Shown: piece by piece, positions 1 through 7,675 of the stretch
Layout: each line of letters opens with the position of its first letter
Numbering within the stretch: the stretch's first letter is position 1
Assembly (NCBI GenBank): GCA_964525875.1
Contig: CAZGJS010000008.1
Coordinates: forward strand, 9,556-73,555
DNA: 64,000 bases
Source: an uncultured Eubacteriales bacterium
GTDB lineage: Bacteria > Acidobacteriota > Aminicenantia > Aminicenantales > Saccharicenantaceae
Direction of reading: 5' to 3'
The notes under the pieces: model-generated
What the model was told of the DNA's origin: nothing
What the model saw: the letters and a program-made list of their open reading frames with translations, nothing else
The model's database searches: none
Program-made: the position numbers and the translations under genes

Positions 1-1000
1 GACCTTCCCCCGGGGATGTTTGACGAGGCGGCCGTGCCCTGCGTGCCGTAGGCGCCTTTCTGATCTCCGGTAACGCTGCCGGATACCCAGGTCCATAAAA
101 GCGTTGTCGGATCATACTTCCATAGGTCATTGAGGTCGCCACGAGAGCTGGCCGAATCCAAGCCTTCTCCCCCGAAGAGCCAGAGTTTGCCCTGGGGATC
201 GAGCCAGGATACAGCCGTATACCTTCCTCCGGGGACGTTTGACGAGTCGGCCGTGCCCTGCGTGCCGTAGGCGCCCGCCTGACCATGGGAACTACTGCCG
301 GATACCCAGGTCCATAAAAGGGTTGTCGGGTCATACTCCCACAGGTCATTGAGCCAACCTTTATTGCCGGCCGAATCAAAGCCATATCCCCCGAAGAGCC
401 AGAGTTTGCCCTGGGGATCGATCCAGGATACAGCCCCTAATCTTCCCCCGGGGACGTTTAACGAGTCGGCCGTGCCCTTCGTGCCGTAGGTGCCTATCTG
501 ATCTCCGGTATCACTGCCGGAAACCCAGGTCCATTCAAGGGTTGTCGGGTCATACTTCCATAGGTCATTGAGACTGCCGAAATTGCCGGCTTCATAATAG
601 CCAAGTCCTCCGAAGAGCCAAAGTTTGCCACTGGAATCGAGCCAGGATACAGCCCACTTTCTTGCCCCGGGGACGTTTGACGGAGCGGCTGTGCCCTTTG
701 TTCCGTAGATGCCCGCCTGACTATGGAAACGACTGCCGGATACCCAGGTCCATTGAAGGGTTGTCGGGTCATACTTCCATAGGTCGTTGAGTTGGCCGAT
801 ATAGCCTGCCGAATCATAGGCATATCCCCCGAAGAGCCAGAGTTTGCCACTGGAATCGAGCCAGGTTACAGCATGTTCTCTTGCCCCGGGGACGTTTGAC
901 GGAGCGGCCGTGCCCTGGGTACCGTAGGTGCCCGCCTGATTTACCGTCTTACTGCCGGATACCCAGGTCCATTTGCGGGTTGACACTGGCGTTGTCCCGC
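1..1000. repeat. ~4.5 tandem copies of a ~219-220 bp unit (one 73-aa Kelch-type unit each), roughly 85-90 percent nucleotide identity between copies
   Basis: Unit starts near 1, 221, 440, 660 and 880. Each begins with ..cttcccccggggacgtttgacgag.cggccgtgccct..gtgccgtaggcgcc. Confidence 0.8.
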
Positions 1001-1083
1001 CGCCGTCTCCGCTCTGTTCGCAGGCGGAAAGCAACGCTAAAAATGAAAAAACTAATATTACCAACTTCCATGCGCTCTTCATA
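1..1083 (-). CDS. Kelch/galactose-oxidase-like beta-propeller repeat lipoprotein (5' partial: runs off window start); lipoprotein signal MKSAWKLVILVFSFLALLSAC
   Basis: Reverse-strand frame open from 1083 (ATG) to position 1. Translation gives repeated units ...LWLFGGEGLDSASSRGDLNDLWKYDPTTLLWTWVSGS..., which are Kelch motifs. Lipobox LLSAC after a hydrophobic N-terminus. Not in the ORF track because it has no stop within the window. Confidence 0.75.
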
Positions 1084-1429
1084 CGACCTCCGTCTCTCTT
1101 TTCCTTCTTGCCGCTAAGAACGCCGGCATTGATCAATTTGATTCACTCATCCCTATCTTCTGCCTTGGCCTACGAAACCGCAATCACCGATAAAAGATGA
1201 GAATTTGCGCTAAAATGCCATGCGTATATTGCCCCTCAAGAATAGTCCAATATAGCTAATTGTCAAGTTCCATCTACCAGGTTGTCCCCTGGAGTTGTAT
1301 TCTTGACCTAACCCTCGAATTTGGCCGATACTGGAATTTATGCCGGCTTCTTTAGAAGTAGTATAGTAATGAATAGGGCGGGCCGCCGCCTCGCGAGGCT
1401 CCATAATCGGCCCGTCAAAGGAGGGAGAC

Positions 1430-1684
1430 ATGAAGCTCAGCAAATCGACGACCATTCTGCTTAACGTAGCGCTTGTCCTGCTTATCGCCTTTCTGGTGAA
1501 ATCCCTGATTGCGATTCCGCAAAATGTCAGTGCCGCGCAGAATAGGGAGTATTCAGTCGTTGCATACCCGTCAACCGGGCAGAACGTGGAACAGATGCTC
1601 AATGAAAAGGCCCGGCAAGGCTGGAATTTTGTCTTTGCGTTTCAGTTTGGCAGTGCGCATTATAGCCTGATCTTCGAACGCTGA
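1430..1684 (+). CDS. small hypothetical protein with N-terminal TM/signal segment (DUF4177-like C-terminus)
   Basis: RBS aaaggaggga lies 6 nt upstream of the ATG. 84 aa with a hydrophobic N-terminus. The C-terminal GWNFVFAF motif resembles the small DUF4177 family. Confidence 0.45.
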   Translation: MKLSKSTTILLNVALVLLIAFLVKSLIAIPQNVSAAQNREYSVVAYPSTGQNVEQMLNEKARQGWNFVFAFQFGSAHYSLIFER

Positions 1685-1704
1685 GCGCCCAGAACAATAC
1701 GAGG

Positions 1705-1799
1705 TGGCGGGAAGGTGTGGGAGTCGAACCCACCCGGGACGTCTATAGCCCCATACTGGATTTGAAGTCCAGAAGGCCCACCGGGACCTCTACCCTCCC
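1705..1799 (-). tRNA. selC: tRNA-Sec (selenocysteine tRNA, anticodon UCA), 95 nt including encoded CCA
   Basis: The reverse complement reads GGGAGGGTAGAGGTCCCGGTGGGCCTTCTGGACTTCAAATCCAGTATGGGGCTATAGACGTCCCGGGTGGGTTCGACTCCCACACCTTCCCGCCA. It has an 8-bp acceptor stem, the anticodon loop CTTCAAA (anticodon TCA), a long variable arm and the T-arm GTGGGTTCGACTCCCAC. The GGACTTCAAATCCAGT stretch is identical to E. coli selC. Confidence 0.9.
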
Positions 1800-1848
1800 G
1801 TTGTCGTTTCCGTTGACGGCAGCGGAAGCGCCAAGAGAGTTTAGCATA

Positions 1849-2346
1849 CTACAATCCGAATTTCTTCCTCAATTCCTTGTCGATTTCGGCTGCTGCCTTC
1901 TTGTCGAGGCCCTTGCCGTCGGCCGGGGCTTTCACCCGGCCTCTCGCCTGACGCGATTTTGCGGTCATGATATAGCTCGACGGCTGGACAGACGCGCCGT
2001 GAGCGCGGCAGTTGTTCCGGACGTTATTATCGTCCGACACGACCGTTATATCGGATGTCCTCCCCTTGAAGTCCCGGACGAATCGGATGATCTCATCGTC
2101 GCCGCCGTGGGCGGTCCGGGAGAAAATGCACTTGATACCGGCCAGGCGCTGATCGCGGCCACCCGCGAACTTTTTGTCGCCGTCGAAAACGATGACGCAC
2201 TCGATCGCCGGATGAGTTTGGCTCCAGGTGGAGATCTGAAAAGCGAGCCGGCTTCGCGCGTTTTCCAATCCTCTATCGAGGCTGGGCTGCAATTCCGGGA
2301 TGCGGTTAATGACATTGTAGCCGTCGATGAGGAGGATCTTTGTCAT
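1849..2346 (-). CDS. NYN-domain (YacP/Rae1-like PIN-fold) predicted ribonuclease
   Basis: The N-terminal MTKILLIDGYNVIN... motif is typical of YacP-like NYN proteins. The start ATG overlaps the selB stop (ATGA). Confidence 0.75.
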   Translation of the reverse strand: MTKILLIDGYNVINRIPELQPSLDRGLENARSRLAFQISTWSQTHPAIECVIVFDGDKKFAGGRDQRLAGIKCIFSRTAHGGDDEIIRFVRDFKGRTSDITVVSDDNNVRNNCRAHGASVQPSSYIMTAKSRQARGRVKAPADGKGLDKKAAAEIDKELRKKFGL

Positions 2347-4256
2347 GGTTTAGCGAGAACGTGACGGTCTTCGACCCTTTTCGTCAGGCCCGTCTTGTCG
2401 AAATACTCCAGGATGGCCTGGGCGTATTTCCGGGATAGGTTGAGCCGGTCGCGAAGTTCGGCGATGGTGACGCTGCCGTGGCGCTCGATCAGGCCGAGGG
2501 CCGCCGCCTGTGCCGCTTCGAGTGTCTCCCGGTGATAGGTCACCTTGGGCGCAAGCCGGACGAGCCGGCCGTCGCGGATGAGACCGTCCAAGATCTTCTT
2601 GAACGACGAGGGATTTATTTCGAGCCGGATCCGGACTTCTTCCTCGAGAGGAGCCGAAAAACGCGCGCTCAGGAATGCGCCCTCGACCCGGGCCCGGAGA
2701 TCGTCCTCGACCGGATTTGCCTTCGCCTCCCGGCCGGCGAGCCCGATCTCGGCCTCTTTACGGAAGAGCACTCCTTTGGCGATGAGCTCGTCGAGGATGA
2801 GCTTAAGCGTCGGGGCGTCGCTCTCCTTGAGGAATTCCGCCCGGACGTCCGAAAAGGGCCTGGTCGGGCGGAACGGGTTGGCATCGAAATAGGCCCTGAC
2901 GCCGGCGATGAGATCGTCGGTGAGGCGCGCATATACGGTTTTATGAAGGAATTTCTCCGGCCTCTCCCGGACGATGGCGACGAGGCTCCCGTCGGAAAGC
3001 AGGTCCGCCACGACTTCGGCGACCTCGGGTTCGCCGCGGCCGAGCTTCATGGCGATCTCGCGGATGCCCTGCGGGGCTCCGCCCGATTGGACGAACATCT
3101 GCTCGACAGCGTCCCGGGACGTCCCGCCCAGTTTCTCGAGTCCCTCGAGGACCCGGCCGCTGAACCGCTTGTGTTTTCCGGGACTGGCGTCGAGGACATG
3201 ACCGCCGCCGATGGTCACGAGCGGGGAGAAGGAGCGGATGACGAACCGGTCCCCGGGGAGGGCGACGGTCGGCCTTTCGAGGACGAGTTGGACGGCGGAC
3301 GAGGCGCCGGGAGCGACCGTCTGGCCGCCGAGAATGGCCAGCCGGGCCATGACCTCGTCCGTGCCGATGTGGAGCCTGACCCGCTCGCGATGCTTGATGT
3401 CGCGGCCGGCGCTATCGAGGACGTCGAGACGGGCGTCGAGCCGGGCCGTCGGGACGAGGGAGCCTTCGGCCGCGGCGACCTGGCCGCGCCGGAGGTCCTC
3501 TTTCCGGACGTCCTGGAGGTTGAGGGCCGTCCGTTTTCCGATGCCCGAGACGCCGGTCTTGGCCTTGTGGACTTGGAGGCCGCGGACGCGGGTCTTGAGG
3601 CCTTCGGGGAAGATCTCGATGCGGTCGCCGGCGCGGACGGCGCCGGACAGGATCGTCCCCGCGGCCACGGTCCCGAAGCCGTGCATGGTGAAGACGCGGT
3701 CGACGGGCATGCGGAAAACCCCGCTGTCCGGCCGCGGTGCGACGCGGCGGCCGAGCTCCTGGAGTGTCGCCTTGACTTCGGCGACGCCTGCTCCCGTAAC
3801 CGCCGAAACCGGGAGGACGGGCGCCTCGGCCAGGAACGAGCCGCGGACAAAGTCCCGGACCGCGGCCGTGAGCTCGGCGATGCGCGCGGCGTCGACGAGG
3901 TCGGACTTGGTCAGGGCGACGGCGCCGAGTTTGACGCCGAGGAGCTTGAGGATGTCGAAGTGCTCGCGGGTCTGGACCGAAATGCCTTCGTCGGCGGCGA
4001 TGACGAACAGGGCCGCGTCGATGTTGCTCGCCCCGGCGGCCATGGTCTTGACGAACTTTTCGTGGCCCGGGACGTCGATGAAGACGATCTGCTTGGCGTA
4101 AGCCGGGTCGTCGAGGAAGACGAAGCCCAGCTCGATGGTCATGCCGCGGGCTTTCTCTTCGGGCAGGGTGTCGGGATCGGTCCCGGTCAGGGCTCTGACG
4201 AGGGCGCTCTTGCCGTGGTCGATGTGCCCGGCCGTTCCGACGATGACGTGGTCCAT
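2343..4256 (-). CDS. selB: selenocysteine-specific translation elongation factor SelB
   Basis: GTPase motifs GHIDHGKS, DVPGH and TKSDL, followed by long C-terminal winged-helix domains. Located in the sel gene cluster next to selC. Confidence 0.9.
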   Translation of the reverse strand: MDHVIVGTAGHIDHGKSALVRALTGTDPDTLPEEKARGMTIELGFVFLDDPAYAKQIVFIDVPGHEKFVKTMAAGASNIDAALFVIAADEGISVQTREHFDILKLLGVKLGAVALTKSDLVDAARIAELTAAVRDFVRGSFLAEAPVLPVSAVTGAGVAEVKATLQELGRRVAPRPDSGVFRMPVDRVFTMHGFGTVAAGTILSGAVRAGDRIEIFPEGLKTRVRGLQVHKAKTGVSGIGKRTALNLQDVRKEDLRRGQVAAAEGSLVPTARLDARLDVLDSAGRDIKHRERVRLHIGTDEVMARLAILGGQTVAPGASSAVQLVLERPTVALPGDRFVIRSFSPLVTIGGGHVLDASPGKHKRFSGRVLEGLEKLGGTSRDAVEQMFVQSGGAPQGIREIAMKLGRGEPEVAEVVADLLSDGSLVAIVRERPEKFLHKTVYARLTDDLIAGVRAYFDANPFRPTRPFSDVRAEFLKESDAPTLKLILDELIAKGVLFRKEAEIGLAGREAKANPVEDDLRARVEGAFLSARFSAPLEEEVRIRLEINPSSFKKILDGLIRDGRLVRLAPKVTYHRETLEAAQAAALGLIERHGSVTIAELRDRLNLSRKYAQAILEYFDKTGLTKRVEDRHVLAKP

Positions 4257-4267
4257 GTCCGGGATCT

Positions 4268-5473
4268 TTAGGGGCGCGGCGCCTTCCCCCTGAGGACGAT
4301 TCGTGCCGGGCCCTTGCGGGTGACCCGGCCGATGACCGTGGCGCTCTCAACGCCTTTCTTGTGGAGCGTTGCGAGGAGTGAGGCGGCTTTGGATTTGCGG
4401 ACGGCGATGAGAAGCCCGCCCGAGGTCTGCGGGTCGCAGAGGAGCGTCTCGAATTCTTCCGGGACACCTTTGGCCCGCTTGACGAACGCCGAGGCGTACT
4501 CGCGGTTGCGTTCGACCGCCCCGGATATGACCCCTTGGCGGATGAGGTCCATGACGCCCGTGAAGATGGGGATGGCCTCGCCGTAGACCTCGACCTCGAC
4601 CCTGCTTTGGGCGGCGATCTCGCCGAGGTGCCCCGCCAGCCCGAACCCGGTGATGTCGGTCGCCGTGGTGACACCGGCCGCGGTCATGGCCTCGGCGGCG
4701 GCGCGGTTGAGCTCGCGCATCGAGCGTTCGGCCTCCGCCAAACCATCGGCCGGAGCCCGGCCGATCTGGCGGGCGAAGCTCAGCGTGCCCGTGCCGACGG
4801 GCTTGGTCAGGATGAGGACGTCGCCGGGCTTGGCCTTGCTGTTGACGGTCATTTTCTTGGGGTGGACGACGCCGGTGACGGCGAAGCCGAACTTGATCTC
4901 CCGGTCCTTGATGCTGTGACCGCCGAGGACGGCGACGCCGGCCTCGCGGAGCTTGTCGATGCCGCCCTGGAGCATCCGGTTCATGATGCGGGGGCTGAGT
5001 TTTTCGATAGGGAAGGCGACGATGGAGAGGGCCGTCAGGGGTTTTCCGCCCATGGCGTAGATGTCGCTTACGGAATTGGCCGCAGCGATCTCGCCGAAGG
5101 CGTAGGGGTCGTCGACGACAGGGGTGAAAACGTCGACCGACTGGACGAGGGCCGTCGTCGGCGTGAGCTTGTAGACGCCGGCGTCGTCGCAGGTGTCGGA
5201 CGAGACGAGGACGCGCGGGTTGAAAACGCGGGGGAGGCCGGCGAGGGCCCGCTTGAGATCCTCCTGGCCGATCTTCGAGGCGCAGCCGGCGTTCTCGACG
5301 AGCATCGTCAGGGCCACGTCCTCGGGGGCGTCCTCTTCGCGTTCGCCGGCGCAGAGGCAGACGTTCTTCTGCTTGAAGAGGTCGCAGGGGCAGGGCTCTT
5401 TGGGGTTGCAGATGCAGTGGCCGAGCTTGATCGACCGGCCCATGATGCGCTTGCGCTTCGCGTAGTCGATCAT
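4268..5473 (-). CDS. selD: selenide, water dikinase (selenophosphate synthetase) SelD, Cys-type, with a Cys-rich N-terminal extension if the upstream ATG is used
   Basis: Has ...NAGCASKIGQ (the Cys equivalent of the active-site Sec/Cys) and an AIR-synthase-like fold, with GGHS and DITGFGL motifs. The longest ORF starts at 5473, preceded by an AAGGGA RBS-like sequence. An alternative ATG lies at 5305. Confidence 0.85.
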   Translation of the reverse strand: MIDYAKRKRIMGRSIKLGHCICNPKEPCPCDLFKQKNVCLCAGEREEDAPEDVALTMLVENAGCASKIGQEDLKRALAGLPRVFNPRVLVSSDTCDDAGVYKLTPTTALVQSVDVFTPVVDDPYAFGEIAAANSVSDIYAMGGKPLTALSIVAFPIEKLSPRIMNRMLQGGIDKLREAGVAVLGGHSIKDREIKFGFAVTGVVHPKKMTVNSKAKPGDVLILTKPVGTGTLSFARQIGRAPADGLAEAERSMRELNRAAAEAMTAAGVTTATDITGFGLAGHLGEIAAQSRVEVEVYGEAIPIFTGVMDLIRQGVISGAVERNREYASAFVKRAKGVPEEFETLLCDPQTSGGLLIAVRKSKAASLLATLHKKGVESATVIGRVTRKGPARIVLRGKAPRP

Positions 5474-5500
5474 CTATCGCGGTTCCCTTCGGAACGGGGA

Positions 5501-5540
5501 CACGCACCGCATCGAGAGAAGCGGTGCATGTCCCCATTTG
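5501..5540. repeat. GGGGACA...TGTCCCC family palindrome (extended variant) in the selD-selA spacer, followed by a second imperfect hairpin at 5556-5586
   Basis: GGGGACACGCACCGCATCGAGAGAAGCGGTGCATGTCCCC has 15-nt arms with one mismatch. It is near-identical in layout to the copy at 47349-47388. Confidence 0.6.
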
Positions 5541-5627
5541 CCGCGCCGTCCTGGAGGGACTGTCCCCATTCCTGGGATGATCCCGGAATGGGGGCTGTCC
5601 CTCTTCCGAGTAGTGTCAAATATGGTC

Positions 5628-7043
5628 TCATCCAAGGAGTCCGATGAGGGCGCGTTCGACGACCGCGTCTTCGGCCGGTTGGATCGTCCGGAAATCGAAG
5701 AGGACGGTGTCCTTGTGGATACGGGCGAAGATAGGCGGCGTGAGGAGGCGGAGCCGGAGGGCCAGATCCTCGGCGGAAAGGCCGGGGGCCTGGACGGCCA
5801 GGACTTTCGACGGCAGCGTCTCAACCGGGACGGCGCCGCTCCCGACCTGTGATTCGCCGTCCTCGACCGCTATCATGACGTCGGCGGGGATGGCTTCGCG
5901 CAGGGCCGAGGCGAGCTTTTTCGCCCGGCGGCCGAGCTCGTCCGGCGTCAGAGCGAGCATCCGGTAGATGGGGTGGAGCTCGGCGAGCTTCTCGGGCGCG
6001 AGAAAGAGCTTGAGTGTCGCCTCGAGGGCGGCGAGGGAGAGCTTGCCGCAGCGGAAAGCTCGGGCCAGCGGATTCTTCTTGATCTTCTGGATCCAGACCG
6101 CCTTGCCCACGATGATGCCGCATTGCGGGCCGCCGATGAGCTTGTCGCCGCTGAAACAGACGACGTCGGCGCCGGACTGTACACTTGCCCGGACCATGGG
6201 CTCGGCGGCGAGGCCGTACGGCGTGAGGTCGACCAAGGCGCCGCTGCCGAGGTCGTCGACGACGGGAACGCCGCGGCTCCGGCCGAGGGCGGCGAGCTCT
6301 TCGATGCCCGGCTCCTCCGCGAAGCCGACGATGCGGTAGTTGCTGTGATGGACGCGGAGGATGGCCCCCGTGTTTTCCGTGACCGCGCCTTCGTAATCGC
6401 GGAGGTGGGTCTTGTTGGTCGTCCCGACCTCGCGGAGGACGGCGCCGCTCGTGGTCATGACGTCGGGCATGCGGAACGAACCGCCGATCTCGACGAGCTG
6501 GCCCCGGGAGACGACGACCTCCTTGCCGCGGGCGAGCGTGTTCAGGATGAGGACGGTCGCGGCGGCATTGTTGTTGGCCACGGTGGCTGACTCGGCGCCG
6601 GTGAGCTCGCGGAGGAGGCCCTCGACGTGGCGGTCGCGGGAGACGCGTTTGCCGCTCTCGAGGTCGAGGGCGAGGGTCGAATAGCCGACGGCGACGGCGT
6701 CGAGGGCTTCCCGGGCGGCTTCGGACAGGACGGCCCGGCCGAGCCCGGAGTGCATGATGATGCCCGTGGCGTTGACGGCGGGGGAGAGGGACGGAGCGAA
6801 TTTCTTTTCGAGGCGGGAGCGGAGGCGGACGGACAAGCCTTCGGTCGGGACGTCGGCGATCGTTACGCCGCCGGCTTCGGCCAAGGCGATCCGGGCCCGG
6901 GCCTCGTCGAGGGTCGCTCGGCCTTCGGCCACGACGACGTCCCGTCCGAATTCCTCGATGAGCGCCCGGACGGGGTCCTCCCGAAGGAGAGAATCAAGGG
7001 AGGGGATCGTCCTGAACGGCCTGTTTTTCGTCGTGTCTGTCAT
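5628..7043 (-). CDS. selA: L-seryl-tRNA(Sec) selenium transferase SelA
   Basis: 471 aa. PLP-fold region with ...FSGDKLIGGPQCGIIVGK... (the PLP lysine). SelA-type N-terminal domain. Confidence 0.9.
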   Translation of the reverse strand: MTDTTKNRPFRTIPSLDSLLREDPVRALIEEFGRDVVVAEGRATLDEARARIALAEAGGVTIADVPTEGLSVRLRSRLEKKFAPSLSPAVNATGIIMHSGLGRAVLSEAAREALDAVAVGYSTLALDLESGKRVSRDRHVEGLLRELTGAESATVANNNAAATVLILNTLARGKEVVVSRGQLVEIGGSFRMPDVMTTSGAVLREVGTTNKTHLRDYEGAVTENTGAILRVHHSNYRIVGFAEEPGIEELAALGRSRGVPVVDDLGSGALVDLTPYGLAAEPMVRASVQSGADVVCFSGDKLIGGPQCGIIVGKAVWIQKIKKNPLARAFRCGKLSLAALEATLKLFLAPEKLAELHPIYRMLALTPDELGRRAKKLASALREAIPADVMIAVEDGESQVGSGAVPVETLPSKVLAVQAPGLSAEDLALRLRLLTPPIFARIHKDTVLFDFRTIQPAEDAVVERALIGLLG

Positions 7044-7068
7044 TTCGGCTGTGGACCGGTGCGGGCGC

Positions 7069-7659
7069 TCACTTCTGGAGGGACTTGAAGCGGAGCTTGC
7101 CGAAGATGTCGGGATGGATGTCGGCCCCGCCCGTCTTGGCGACCGGGACGGCGATCTCGAAAACGAGCTCCTTAGGCGGGAGACAGGACGTATTGTCGCA
7201 AGCCTGGTAGCTCAGGATGGCTTTGATGGTTTTGGCCCCGGGGGCGAGGCTGTCCTTGGCTTTGAGGAGGACGCCCAGCACGGCCTCCCCGTCATAGACG
7301 ACGAGCTCGGTCTCCGAGTAGGAGTAGCGGGCGCGGCGGCCGGTCGGGTAGTAGATTTCGACGACTTCGAACTCCGGACCGTCCTCGATGCTGACGGACG
7401 TCGGGAACATGAACTCATCGAGGGGGGCGTTGTCGTTAATATGATAGCCGGCCTGGACCTTGAGGATGACCGCCGCCTTGAAGGTTTCGCCGGGCCGGAC
7501 CGCGTCCCTGGCGAGAGCGCTCTTGACCTCGACGACCTGCTCGTTCTCCTGAGCGGCGAGGGCCGGAGCGAGCGCGAGAGAAACGGCGAAAATCGCCGAA
7601 AAGACCATGATTATCTGATGATTACGCTTCCGTTGGTGCATCTCGAACCTCGGCTTCAA
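7069..7659 (-). CDS. periplasmic DsbD N-terminal-domain-like thiol-disulfide protein
   Basis: Signal peptide, then ...YHINDNAP... and C-terminal LSYQACDNTSCLPP, which resembles the nDsbD motif GCAD..FCYPP. Confidence 0.55.
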   Translation of the reverse strand: MKPRFEMHQRKRNHQIIMVFSAIFAVSLALAPALAAQENEQVVEVKSALARDAVRPGETFKAAVILKVQAGYHINDNAPLDEFMFPTSVSIEDGPEFEVVEIYYPTGRRARYSYSETELVVYDGEAVLGVLLKAKDSLAPGAKTIKAILSYQACDNTSCLPPKELVFEIAVPVAKTGGADIHPDIFGKLRFKSLQK

Positions 7660-7675
7660 TTAGAGACGTTTTCCC

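Noticed and set aside
2478-4674. Long ORFs antisense to selB (for example 2478..4271 +, 3412..4674 -, 3211..4101 +)
   Set aside because: They are Arg/Pro/Gly/Ala-rich low-complexity translations typical of shadow frames in high-GC DNA. They fully overlap the well-supported selB gene and have no RBS.
4347-5647. ORFs 4347..5537 (-) and 4535..5647 (+) overlapping selD
   Set aside because: They are out-of-frame or antisense shadows of selD. Their composition is dominated by R, P, G and D repeats.
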